Shown here: piece by piece, positions 39,101-47,972 of the stretch
Position numbering within the stretch: the first letter of the stretch is position 1
Layout: every line of letters begins with the position of its first letter
Assembly (NCBI GenBank): GCA_047946875.1
Contig: CP181398.1
Location: 399,154 to 463,153, forward strand
Direction: 5' to 3'
DNA: 64,000 bases
From: Candidatus Kerfeldbacteria bacterium
GTDB taxonomy: Bacteria; Patescibacteriota; Patescibacteriia; UBA10025; JAHIVO01
Translations under genes and position numbers: made by a program
Notes under the pieces: model-generated
What the model was told of the DNA's origin: nothing
Seen by the model: only the letters and a program-made list of their open reading frames with translations
Database searches by the model: none

Positions 39101-40058
39101 TGCTATCATAGTTTTCTGGTATAGGTGCGCCGATAGACGTAAATGATCCAGTAGTTTCATCATTCCCACCAAGATCTATCATGCGAATTTCACGTGGGCT
39201 ACTAGTACGACTAAAATAAAAAATATTAGAATTGTTCGGGTCAACCGCAATATTTCTCTCAACTGATGGGATAGTTTCAGTATAGATTGGTTGGCCTTTT
39301 GGGTCGTCATTTTTCATGATGTTAATACCAATATCGGTGATCTGGACGGAATATTCACCATTGATTTCCACATATCCTTCTTGTTCTCCAACTACTCTTT
39401 CTAGATTTTCCCTAAGTTCTTCACTATATTCGTCTTTAGGATTTAATCTTTTCCAATCACGTGGGGCAAGTTCAACTCCGTGTTCATTCTTGGTAACCAG
39501 TGTTATAACGGCACCATCTTTGGAAAACATAACAAGGTTATTATCTGGCAAAACAGCTACATTAGAAACAGTCTCATTATCAATACCACCAGAGCGGATA
39601 TTTATCATATTGTTAGTACCTAACGCTTTTCTAGCTTGTCCGCGTAGTTCAATTGGTATATCGTCAACGCTAATTTGATTATTAGTGCTGCTTTTTTTAG
39701 CAATGTAACTTTTTGAATGTAGTTTGCTGCTACTATCACTCCAATACCCTGAAGTAATAGTTTTATTAGTAATGTTGGACTGTATATCAGTAATTTTTTT
39801 AGCATTTTCGTCATAAATTTCTATATCTGAGCCTCTTTCTAGACTTACAATAGTATAATTATTCCAGGGTTGTATTGCTTCAATTTTTTGAGGTTCAACC
39901 TCTCTTCCGGTACCAGAAGATCTTCCATCAGATCTTCCATCAATCGGATTTTCCGATCGGACTAACTGGTTTAATTTTAGCTCAGGTAAAGATAGCTCAT
40001 GTTCTTCATGAGTCTCTGTTTCGCCTTGTTTATTTCCTTTTTCGTTTCCACCTACCAT
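36180..40058 (-). CDS. Large MoxR/CbbQ-like AAA+ ATPase with N-terminal beta-propeller-like and helical regions
   Basis: Walker A GHAGTGKD, Walker B VVYFNEFN, sensor SMNPNYPGT, ATRSRM. N-terminal repeats such as NIAVDPNN, NLQLDPKGN, HVDFDNNGN. Confidence 0.85.
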   Translation of the reverse strand: MVGGNEKGNKQGETETHEEHELSLPELKLNQLVRSENPIDGRSDGRSSGTGREVEPQKIEAIQPWNNYTIVSLERGSDIEIYDENAKKITDIQSNITNKTITSGYWSDSSSKLHSKSYIAKKSSTNNQISVDDIPIELRGQARKALGTNNMINIRSGGIDNETVSNVAVLPDNNLVMFSKDGAVITLVTKNEHGVELAPRDWKRLNPKDEYSEELRENLERVVGEQEGYVEINGEYSVQITDIGINIMKNDDPKGQPIYTETIPSVERNIAVDPNNSNIFYFSRTSSPREIRMIDLGGNDETTGSFTSIGAPIPENYDSISNLQLDPKGNFFLFYSGDDLIVMTKDTLKEVKRESNLSHVDFDNNGNIRAIDKDGHLVIHEANFDELAGELDKHRIQSATADLNIDDIFTQQAAKNEQAGLDNKSMDKLDGVRDDLQTKFKEMLETVSTHEGLVQARDQFNTVRQKLQAGGLRSEEIDYVIEGLEKPIQDKEKMFAKEAADKALKLVRTKLEGGLSFGSISEIREILEDIKSQEGFLISDQRLELAKARTDLDSQIRELFEKRGGEVKKDIDELISKTKKDLESFETKMQMDDWLEFRYPQIKARLSSINHDIPFEADEIYKQVQEARTSLDLLAEEYEHKFKIEYAKVREKASERIEAHVDTLQQEISSLEDRLQAQGFKDRTAGEQYLGASEAKKYIETEIEALADDDPDAAKELKRMMKVRLSNALTEIERGGMTTIADTGKQMVSFGDTRFPKWESKVKEREERSVDIAFEEDSKTRGPGISAKDIQGDIILNINTGDGKNENVRLYEGMRDEQEWRLGLQSYKGESIPPSYITAEDFKNIKKKYNDWNHGEDSKLRQEWRDNRKILRELYSTRKKISERTDEDEDKEWQDKYSEAYKKFGTFCAENNIPLLQRINRIKNQPNIETSNGKGFIPEWQSHWVTDNETEDDLENMAGNLKMQMDLQEGMLVLKGHAGTGKDVRVKMFCNMTNRPYFGMDGTKWTTEFELSEDVMLESKDGASQTVKIPSTILNGIRTPGAVVYFNEFNAMPEQAQIFLHALMDEKRSLTLKTSSGKTIKALSSVLLVGSMNPNYPGTFDPQFATRSRMVSQEIGYPQMTREANPDDPNKRPMYDSSEALRIARGVDSLADLTFEASMDHNEFVKLWDQYVNGIDNGVDKPTLEQKFDIDTILTLVQFANKLREDFIKNFEKGTSSRKALPVTQPITGRELRRCAYTLSRMTTEEKTSSDPENTARELLEKYFLTHIDKKEDQEKIRKALKTWTSQKRVTN

Positions 40059-40129
40059 AAATATTAATTTAATTTGTAATTTATCAGAAAAGTTTTGATA
40101 AGTATTTATTTTTATTAATATATTACATT

Positions 40130-40158
40130 ATTGTACATTATTCTTACTGTTTTGTCAA
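40130..40158 (-). promoter_or_regulatory. Sigma70 promoter of the AAA/TGase-vWA operon
   Basis: TTGACA-17 bp-TACAAT on the minus strand. Confidence 0.7.
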
Positions 40159-40209
40159 CCCCAGTCTATTGATATGAGAAGTTTAATTTATTTGGTATAC
40201 TATAAAAAT

Positions 40210-40839
40210 ATGAAGAGACTTTTACTAACATCAAGCGGAGAATTTGTCACCGACGGTAAGTTGGATTTTTTTGGTATGCGTCGAGAAGACTTAAGATGGG
40301 CTTATATTATAACAGCAGGAAAAAATATGGAGAATGTCAGTTTTATGGAAGTTCGGAAGAAAAGGATGAATGAATTGAAGTATGATTTTACCGAAATTGA
40401 TATAGATAACAAAACAGAAAATGAAGTAAGGAAAGAATTAAAAGATTTTGATGTAATTTATGTGGAAGGAGGGGATACTTTCTATTTATTAAAAGCAATT
40501 CGCAATTGTAATTTCAAAGCTATAATAGAAGAGAAAATAGAACAAGGAGTTATATATGTGGGATCCAGTGCTGGTGCATATATAACTTGTCCGACAATTG
40601 AAATGGCTACTTGGATTAATAGTAATAATTTCAGTTACCATGGATTAACTGATTTTACTGGTATGAGTTTAGTACCTTTCTTTATTTACGCACATTACGA
40701 AGAAGGTGTAAAAGATATACTCAAAGAGAAGATGAGGTATCTAGGATGTAATACCAAAATATTAAATGACGAGCAGGCATTAAGAATAGAAGATAATAAA
40801 ATTGAGTTGCTTGGAGATCCAATAGAAATATATATTTAG
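40210..40839 (+). CDS. Peptidase E family (S51)
   Basis: IYVEGGDTF, YVGSSAGA, AHY. ATG 8 nt after TATACT. Confidence 0.9.
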   Translation: MKRLLLTSSGEFVTDGKLDFFGMRREDLRWAYIITAGKNMENVSFMEVRKKRMNELKYDFTEIDIDNKTENEVRKELKDFDVIYVEGGDTFYLLKAIRNCNFKAIIEEKIEQGVIYVGSSAGAYITCPTIEMATWINSNNFSYHGLTDFTGMSLVPFFIYAHYEEGVKDILKEKMRYLGCNTKILNDEQALRIEDNKIELLGDPIEIYI

Positions 40840-41163
40840 CCTTACTTTTCTTCATGCTAAGAAAAGTAACAAAAGAAGCTTCGCACATATAATAAAATTA
40901 ACAAAATACTTGTTTTGTCACTTTTACTTAAAACCGCTTACGCTTAAGTTAAGTAAACCCTATGGGTCGTTCCTCAACTACATATTTTGTGACATTTTAT
41001 TCTAAGGTGCGATTTTTATTAAATTATATATAGCTATTGATTTTAATAACTCAGGGTCTGGGGGCTTCTTAAGCCATTCTTAATAGTAAAATGATAATTA
41101 CTGGTAGCGCATCGAAGCCCCTAGCAGTTTTTGAAATACTTTTTGCTGTAAAAAAGTATTAAA
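40839..41163 (-). mobile_element. Full-length ~325-bp non-coding element with terminal TACTTTT..AAAAGTA hairpins (MITE/REPIN-like)
   Basis: Ends TTACTTTTCTT-CATGCT-AAGAAAAGTAA and ATACTTTTT-GCTGTA-AAAAAGTAT. Three partial inverted copies at 22.3-24.1 kb. Confidence 0.8.
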
Positions 41164-41212
41164 TATATCAATTTACATAAAAAATTATTTATTATAATAT
41201 TAAGTAGTTAAT

Positions 41213-41914
41213 ATGAACACATATAATCAATTAATTAAAGAATTAAAAAAACTTGGAAATAAAACGAGAGCTTTGCATTCCCAAAGATTTTTTAAAACTG
41301 GTAGAGGTGAATACGGAGAAGGGGATATATTCTTAGGGATTATCATGCCCGTACAAAGAGAGTTAACTCTGAAGTATTTAGATTTGTCATTGGTTGATAT
41401 ACAGAAACTAATTAATAGCAAAATACATGAGCACCGAATGGTCGGTCTTTTGATAGTTACTTACAGATTTAAAAAAGCGAACGATAAAGAGAAAGAAAGT
41501 TTATTTAAATTTTATATAAAGAATTCTAAGAAAATAAATAACTGGGACTTAGTAGATGTAACTTGTCATAAAGTTGTAGGAGTATATTTGTTTGATAAAA
41601 AAAGAGATTTATTATTTCGCTGGGCAAGATCAAATAATTTATGGGAAAAAAGATTGTCAATAATATCTACAGCTTTTTTTATTAGTAGAAATGATTTAGA
41701 TGATACCTATAAAATATCAAAAATATTATTAAAAGATGATCACGACCTGATTCATAAGGCAGTAGGATGGATGTTACGAGAAGCAGGTAAAAGAGACAAA
41801 CAACGTTTAGTACGATATTTGGATCAGTATGCTAATAAAATGCCAAGAACCATGCTGAGATATTCTATAGAAAAATTTACACCCAAAGAACGTAAATATT
41901 TTATGAATAAATAA
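41213..41914 (+). CDS. DNA alkylation repair protein (AlkD-like)
   Basis: FFKTGRGEYGEGD, NNWDLVD, IHKAVGWMLRE, MPRTMLRYSIE. Confidence 0.9.
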   Translation: MNTYNQLIKELKKLGNKTRALHSQRFFKTGRGEYGEGDIFLGIIMPVQRELTLKYLDLSLVDIQKLINSKIHEHRMVGLLIVTYRFKKANDKEKESLFKFYIKNSKKINNWDLVDVTCHKVVGVYLFDKKRDLLFRWARSNNLWEKRLSIISTAFFISRNDLDDTYKISKILLKDDHDLIHKAVGWMLREAGKRDKQRLVRYLDQYANKMPRTMLRYSIEKFTPKERKYFMNK

Positions 41915-41964
41915 GGATATATAAACGATTTCATTTTATTGCTAATTATGATAAATTTATACAT

Positions 41965-42240
41965 ATGAAGTTAAAGAAAGTTATATATTTAATACTATCT
42001 GAATTACTATTTATTATTATAGGTTATGGTTTACATGCCATTTTAGAATTAGTAGTTCTAAATAGTAATAATAATATTACATGGTATACACACTTTAGTG
42101 GTTCATGTGCTCTGCACCCAATAATTAGTTATGGATTATTTATAGCTAGTTTGGTGGCTGGTGTAGTGGTTGGATTGAATTGGTGGAGGATAGTATATAT
42201 AGAGAGAAGACATTGGAGATTTAAAAAAAATAAAGAATAA
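41965..42240 (+). CDS. Small 2-TM hypothetical protein
   Basis: LHAILE...WWRIVYIE, two hydrophobic helices. Confidence 0.7.
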   Translation: MKLKKVIYLILSELLFIIIGYGLHAILELVVLNSNNNITWYTHFSGSCALHPIISYGLFIASLVAGVVVGLNWWRIVYIERRHWRFKKNKE

Positions 42241-42245
42241 ATTAT

Positions 42246-43304
42246 ATGAGTCCGATAATGGAAAATGATTTTTGGGATAAGATGTTATTTAATAACACAG
42301 TAGAAGAGTATGGTATAGCGTTAGCTATTTTAGTCGGCTTAATTATCTTGTTTTATATTTTTCAAAGAATAGCTTTACACAGGTTAGAAAAATTAGCAAA
42401 ATTGACCAAGACAAATATTGATGATGCTGTTATTAATATATTTAGATCAATTAAACCACCATTTTATTTTTTTATAGCCTTCTTTATAGCTATACAGTTT
42501 TTAGATTTTCCTGACATGGCTAATAAGATTGTGAGTGCCTTTCTGATTGTCTGGGTAGTCTTTTTAGCAGTCAAAGCTTCACAGATTTTTATAAATACTC
42601 TGTTCAAAGAAAAGATGGAGTCAGAGTCGGATCGTGGGACCAAGTCAGCCTTAGGAGCGATAAATATTATTATAAAGATCATTATTTGGTCTATTGGTTT
42701 ACTAATGATTTTATCAAATTTAGGAATAGATATTACTTCATTGATTGCTGGATTAGGTATTGGTGGTATAGCCATAGCTTTTGCTTTACAAAATATCCTT
42801 AGTGATCTATTTAGTTCTTTTTCAATTTATTTTGATAAACCATTCGTGGTTGGTGATTTTATAATCGTTGGTGGTAAGAGTGGGACAGTTAAGAAGATAG
42901 GTATTAAATCAACAAGAATAAGAGCTCTACAAGGTGAAGAAGTAGTTATATCAAATAATGAACTGACTTCCTCTCAAATTCAGAATTTTAAAAAGATGGA
43001 AAGAAGAAGAGTAGTATTTTCAATTGGAGTGCTATATGAAACTTCAACAGAAAAAATGAAAATGGTGCCTGAGATAATAAAAAAGATTTTTGAATCAGTA
43101 GATGGTATTGATCTTGATAGGGTACATTTTAATGAATTTGGTGATTTTTCTTTAGGTTTTGAAATTGCATATTTTGTACAATCACCTGATTTTGTGAAAA
43201 ATATGGATGTCAGACATGAGATTAACTTGAAGATAAAAGATGAGTTTGAAAAAGTAGGTATTGAGATGGCTTTTCCAACTCAAACTCTCTACATAAAAAA
43301 ATAA
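42246..43304 (+). CDS. mscS: Small-conductance mechanosensitive channel family protein
   Basis: GLGIGGIAIAFALQ, DKPFVVGD, IGIKSTRI, GIEMAFPTQ. Confidence 0.93.
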   Translation: MSPIMENDFWDKMLFNNTVEEYGIALAILVGLIILFYIFQRIALHRLEKLAKLTKTNIDDAVINIFRSIKPPFYFFIAFFIAIQFLDFPDMANKIVSAFLIVWVVFLAVKASQIFINTLFKEKMESESDRGTKSALGAINIIIKIIIWSIGLLMILSNLGIDITSLIAGLGIGGIAIAFALQNILSDLFSSFSIYFDKPFVVGDFIIVGGKSGTVKKIGIKSTRIRALQGEEVVISNNELTSSQIQNFKKMERRRVVFSIGVLYETSTEKMKMVPEIIKKIFESVDGIDLDRVHFNEFGDFSLGFEIAYFVQSPDFVKNMDVRHEINLKIKDEFEKVGIEMAFPTQTLYIKK

Positions 43305-43308
43305 AATA

Positions 43309-43638
43309 ATGAAAAATATATCTTCTAAGTATCAACTAGATGCTGCTTTGGAAAAATCAAATCACGAATTGATCATCCTTTTCAAGCATAGTAATACTTG
43401 CCCGACTAGTGCAAGCGCTTTTTTGGAGATTGAGAATTTAGAAAAAAAAATTGATGTACCTATATTTAAGATAGTAGTCCAAGATTATCGAAAATTATCA
43501 GATAAAGTTGAAGATTTATTAGAAGTTCAGCATGAATCTCCACAGGCAATATTGATAAATCAAAGTCATGAAAAAAAGATATTTAATCATGAAGAGATTA
43601 CTGAGGACAACTTATTCGAAGCGGTAATGAATTTTTAG
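43309..43638 (+). CDS. Monothiol thioredoxin-fold protein (YtxJ/BrxC-like)
   Basis: FKHSNTCPTS, VQHESPQ. Confidence 0.85.
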   Translation: MKNISSKYQLDAALEKSNHELIILFKHSNTCPTSASAFLEIENLEKKIDVPIFKIVVQDYRKLSDKVEDLLEVQHESPQAILINQSHEKKIFNHEEITEDNLFEAVMNF

Positions 43639-43741
43639 ATAGATAATTTTATTTTTATAACAACGAGGCCTTTACAAGACGGTTTATTTGTGCTATACTA
43701 TGAATATAAAGAGCCAAAAATAAAAATAAAAACAAAATAAT

Positions 43742-45148
43742 ATGGAAAAACGTCAAAATATTTTTGGATATTTAGGAATTGTATTTACTTTTGCAATTCT
43801 ATTTTTAGTTGTACCTACTACTGTAAAAGCTGAAGATTCTAGAAGTCCGGAAGTAAAATTATTTAACACGGAAGATTTTACTGTAGACAAATCATTTATG
43901 GCATTCTCTGAGTCATTCAAAGGAGGAGTATCAGTAGCAGTATGTGACCTTGATAACAATGGGTATGAAGAAGTTGTTGTTGGAGCTGGAGAAAGTGGTG
44001 GTCCTCAAGTTATAGTTTATGATAGTATGGGTAATGAAAAATTCACACCTGGTTTTTTTGCTTACGATATTTCATTTCGAGGTGGTGTAAATGTAGCTTG
44101 CGGTGATCTAGATGGCGATGGTTATGGTGAAATAATTACCTCTACAAAATCTGGGGCACCTCATGTACGAACTTTTAATAGATATGGACATCCAGTATTT
44201 ACACCTGGTTTTTTTGCTTATGATTTAGATATGGTTGGAGGAGTAAATATCGCTGTAGGTGATCTAGATGGTGATGGTGAAAATGAAATTATTACCGCTC
44301 CTGAATCTGAGGGTGAACCTAGAATAAATGTATTTAATAGATATGGTAGAAAAATAGATTTTGATATTTATCCATTTCATCATGAGTTCAAAGGTGGAGT
44401 AAGTCTTGCTGTTGCAAATATTGAAGGAGAAAAAGATGCTTTGATTACAGGTGTACAAAGTCAGGATGTATCTTGGATCAAAGTTTTTACCGCAGATAAT
44501 ACACAAAACCCAATTGGAAATTTCATGGGTTTTGATCAGGGTTTCAAAGGTGGGGTAAATATTTCTACTGGAGATTTAGATAATGACGGAGTTGATGAAG
44601 TGGTGGTAGCTGCTGGTGAAGGTGGTGGTCCACATGTTAGAATTTTTGAGTTAGATGGTAGAGCAAAAGCAGATAATTTTTTTGCCTTCGAAACTAGCTT
44701 TAGAGGAGGAGTTCTTGTCAGTGTAGGAGATATAAATAGAGATGGAGATGATGAAATAATAGTAGCACCAGGTAAAAAGAATTCTTTCACTGGTTTAGTC
44801 AATAAAATAGTAGTAGATCTTTCAGAACAAAAACTTTATGCTTATGAAGGAGATAAGCTAATAAATTCATTTTTGGTTTCTACAGGTTTAGCAGGTACTC
44901 CTACGAGACCAGGAAACTTCGCTGTATCACAAAAAATATATTCTAAAAATTATTCAGGTCCTGGGTACTACCTACCAAACACTTTATGGAATATGAGGTT
45001 TGATGGTATGAGATTGTTACACGGAGCGTATTGGCATAATAATTTTGGTCATCCAATGAGCCATGGTTGTATAAATATACATTATAGAGATGCTGAATGG
45101 TTATATGATCACACACCAATGGGTACTCAAGTAATAGTGAATAATTAG
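43742..45148 (+). CDS. Secreted FG-GAP repeat protein with C-terminal L,D-transpeptidase (YkuD) domain
   Basis: Signal peptide, ~6 GGVxVAxGDLDxDG repeats, VDLSEQ, LHGAYWH...SHGCIN. Confidence 0.92.
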   Translation: MEKRQNIFGYLGIVFTFAILFLVVPTTVKAEDSRSPEVKLFNTEDFTVDKSFMAFSESFKGGVSVAVCDLDNNGYEEVVVGAGESGGPQVIVYDSMGNEKFTPGFFAYDISFRGGVNVACGDLDGDGYGEIITSTKSGAPHVRTFNRYGHPVFTPGFFAYDLDMVGGVNIAVGDLDGDGENEIITAPESEGEPRINVFNRYGRKIDFDIYPFHHEFKGGVSLAVANIEGEKDALITGVQSQDVSWIKVFTADNTQNPIGNFMGFDQGFKGGVNISTGDLDNDGVDEVVVAAGEGGGPHVRIFELDGRAKADNFFAFETSFRGGVLVSVGDINRDGDDEIIVAPGKKNSFTGLVNKIVVDLSEQKLYAYEGDKLINSFLVSTGLAGTPTRPGNFAVSQKIYSKNYSGPGYYLPNTLWNMRFDGMRLLHGAYWHNNFGHPMSHGCINIHYRDAEWLYDHTPMGTQVIVNN

Positions 45149-45238
45149 TTTTATTTAACTCTAGCCAAATAAAAATAACTTTGTTATACTAGACAGTAAT
45201 CAGGTATATATAACTGATATACTGTCTTTTTAACGTTT

Positions 45239-46918
45239 ATGAATTTAAGAAAGAAGGTTTGGCTTACATTTGTCGGAATTATCATATTAGCTGTTTTAGC
45301 TGGTATGTTAAGTTATCCAAGTGGACCAGATATACAAATTGGAGAGTATTTTAAAGAGATTAAAGTTCATCTTGGTTTAGATTTGCAAGGTGGTACTCAT
45401 CTTGTCTATGATGCAGATACTTCGCAGATTGAAGAATTAGAAAAAGAAGCTGCTTTAGAGGGAGTACGTGATGTAATTGAAAGAAGAGTTAATGCATTCG
45501 GTGTTTCTGAACCTGTCATTCAGACTAATAGAAGTGGAGAAAATTGGCGAATTATAGTTGAATTAGCTGGAGTTCAAGATATTAATCAGGCAATAAGCAT
45601 GATTGGAGAAACTCCATTACTAGAATTTAAGGAGGAAATATCCAATGAATTAACTGATGATGAAAAAGCTGTAATAGAAAGTTCTAATGCAGAAAAGAAA
45701 ATTAAAGCGGAAGAGGTATTAGCTCAAGTTCTAGTTGACGGAGCTGATTTTGCAATAATTGCTAATGAAAATACTGAAGATCCTGGAAATCTTAATTTCG
45801 AAACAAATGAGAGTAAAGGTGGTGATTTAGGTTTCTTTTCTAGAGAGGTAATGATTGCTGAATTTTCTGATGTTGCATTTGATAAGTTAAGTGATGGTGA
45901 AATATATCCAGAACTAGTAGAAACACAATTTGGCTATCATATTATTAAAAGAACTGGTACGAACCCAGAAAATGCTGATGAAGTTAGTGCGAGTCATATA
46001 TTATTTTCTATTCAATCTACAGTAGGTCAACCTCAGTTTGAAAATACTGGATTATCCGGTAAACAACTTGAAAGAGTGGCTGTTGAATTTGAACCAAATA
46101 CAAATATGCCTCAAGTGTCGTTACAATTCGATGCTGAGGGTAAAGATTTGTTTGCGGAAATTACAGAAAGAAATATTGGGAAAGTTGTAGGGATATATTT
46201 GGATGGTTCACCTATATCTATGCCTAGAGTTAATGATGTTATTACTGCTGGGAGTGCAGTTATAAGTGGAGATTTTGATCTGGAAGAAGCAAAACTATTA
46301 GCTCAAAGATTAAATGCGGGTGCTTTACCTGTACCTATTACTCTGGTAGCACAACAAAATATTGGAGCAACTTTAGGTAAAGCTTCAGTAGACAAAAGTC
46401 TGTTAGCAGGTATTATCGGCCTAACTTTGGTTATTATATTCATGATTATTTATTATCGTGTACCTGGAATAGTGGCCACAGTAGCTTTGATTATATATGC
46501 ATTGTTAGTATTAGCCGTATTCAAACTTGTGCCAGTTACTTTAACCTTAGCTGGTGTAGCTGGATTTATTTTATCTATAGGCATGGCTGTTGATGCTAAT
46601 GTTTTAATATTTGAAAGAAGTAGGGAAGAATTACGGGATGGTAAACATTTAGACTTGGCAATTGAAGATGGATTTTCTAGAGCTTGGCCATCTATTAGGG
46701 ATTCAAATATTTCTAGTTTAATAACATGTGTAATATTAGCTTGGTTTGGTACTAGTGTTGTCCAAGGTTTTGCTATTACATTAGGTATTGGTGTTTTACT
46801 TAGTATGTTCTCAGCGATTACTGTAACAAGGACATTATTAAGATTAATTGGTAAAGGTTGGTTAAGTAATCACTTATCATTATTTGGTGGAGTGCATAAG
46901 GAATCAAAAAATGTTTAA
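45239..46918 (+). CDS. secD: Protein translocase subunit SecD with inserted parvulin-type PPIase domain
   Basis: LGLDLQGG, GALP, GMAVDANVLIFER. Insert GGDLGFF...FGYHII...ASHIL. Confidence 0.96.
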   Translation: MNLRKKVWLTFVGIIILAVLAGMLSYPSGPDIQIGEYFKEIKVHLGLDLQGGTHLVYDADTSQIEELEKEAALEGVRDVIERRVNAFGVSEPVIQTNRSGENWRIIVELAGVQDINQAISMIGETPLLEFKEEISNELTDDEKAVIESSNAEKKIKAEEVLAQVLVDGADFAIIANENTEDPGNLNFETNESKGGDLGFFSREVMIAEFSDVAFDKLSDGEIYPELVETQFGYHIIKRTGTNPENADEVSASHILFSIQSTVGQPQFENTGLSGKQLERVAVEFEPNTNMPQVSLQFDAEGKDLFAEITERNIGKVVGIYLDGSPISMPRVNDVITAGSAVISGDFDLEEAKLLAQRLNAGALPVPITLVAQQNIGATLGKASVDKSLLAGIIGLTLVIIFMIIYYRVPGIVATVALIIYALLVLAVFKLVPVTLTLAGVAGFILSIGMAVDANVLIFERSREELRDGKHLDLAIEDGFSRAWPSIRDSNISSLITCVILAWFGTSVVQGFAITLGIGVLLSMFSAITVTRTLLRLIGKGWLSNHLSLFGGVHKESKNV

Positions 46919-47810
46919 TATAATTCAAAATAGAAAATACTGGTACATTTTTTCAGCAATAATTCTTATTCCTAGTATTGTTGCGATTTTACTGGGTGGA
47001 CTTAAGCTTGGGATAGACTTCACTGGTGGTAGTTTGATAAGAGCTGATTTTGTAGACAATCAACCAACTGTCATTGAGATTGAAGATTCTTTGGCTAAGA
47101 TAGATGGTTTGGGAGTTGTTAGCGCACAACCATATGGTGACACAGAAATGACACTCCGATTGAGAAATATTGATAATGATACCTATCAGAATATACTTAT
47201 CGTTCTAAGAGAGGATTTTATAAATGTTGAGGAAAAAAGTTTCGAATCTATTGGTCCAACTATTGGACAAGAATTAAAAGAGAAGGCAATCGTTGCTATG
47301 ATATTAGTTCTTGTATTTATAGTTTTATATACTTCTTTTGCATTCAGAAAGTCTGGTTCAGCTAATGTTAAACCTTGGGTATATGGATTAGGAACTTTAG
47401 TTGCATTATTTCATGACATTATTATTGTTGTAGGAATATTTGCTATTCTAGGTAAGTTTTGGAATGTAGAAATAGATATATTATTTATAACCGCTTTATT
47501 AACTGTTCTTGGTTTCTCAGTACATGATACTATTGTTGTTTATGATCGAGTGAGAGAAAAATTAAAAATAAATTATAATAAGACATTTTCTGACACAGTT
47601 AATGAGAGTGTCAATCAAACTTTAGTAAGATCAATCAATACATCTTTGACTACTTTATTAGTTTTATCCGCTCTATATCTCTTTGGAGGGGACTCAATCA
47701 GCCAATTTGTACTTGCTTTAATAATTGGTATTATCGCCGGAACGTACTCATCTGTGTTTATAGCAAGTCCATTTTTAGTAACATGGCAAAAAATAACTAA
47801 TAAATCATAA
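46911..47810 (+). CDS. secF: Protein translocase subunit SecF
   Basis: GIDFTGG, IGPTIG, GFSVHDTIVVYDRVRE, RSINTS. Confidence 0.96.
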   Translation: MFNIIQNRKYWYIFSAIILIPSIVAILLGGLKLGIDFTGGSLIRADFVDNQPTVIEIEDSLAKIDGLGVVSAQPYGDTEMTLRLRNIDNDTYQNILIVLREDFINVEEKSFESIGPTIGQELKEKAIVAMILVLVFIVLYTSFAFRKSGSANVKPWVYGLGTLVALFHDIIIVVGIFAILGKFWNVEIDILFITALLTVLGFSVHDTIVVYDRVREKLKINYNKTFSDTVNESVNQTLVRSINTSLTTLLVLSALYLFGGDSISQFVLALIIGIIAGTYSSVFIASPFLVTWQKITNKS

Positions 47811-47893
47811 AGTAATTAATAAACTCGATAGGGTAATTAAATTAACCCTTTTTTGTATTTGCCAAAATATTTAAAGTGTGGTGAAATCATCTA

Positions 47894-47922
47894 TTGACAC
47901 ATATTACAAAGTATGCTATACT
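47894..47922 (+). promoter_or_regulatory. Sigma70 promoter
   Basis: TTGACA-17 bp-(TGc)TATACT. Confidence 0.75.
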
Positions 47923-47972
47923 AAAGATGTTAAATGCAGAAATGTGTTTTATTTAAAAAACTAATTGAAATT

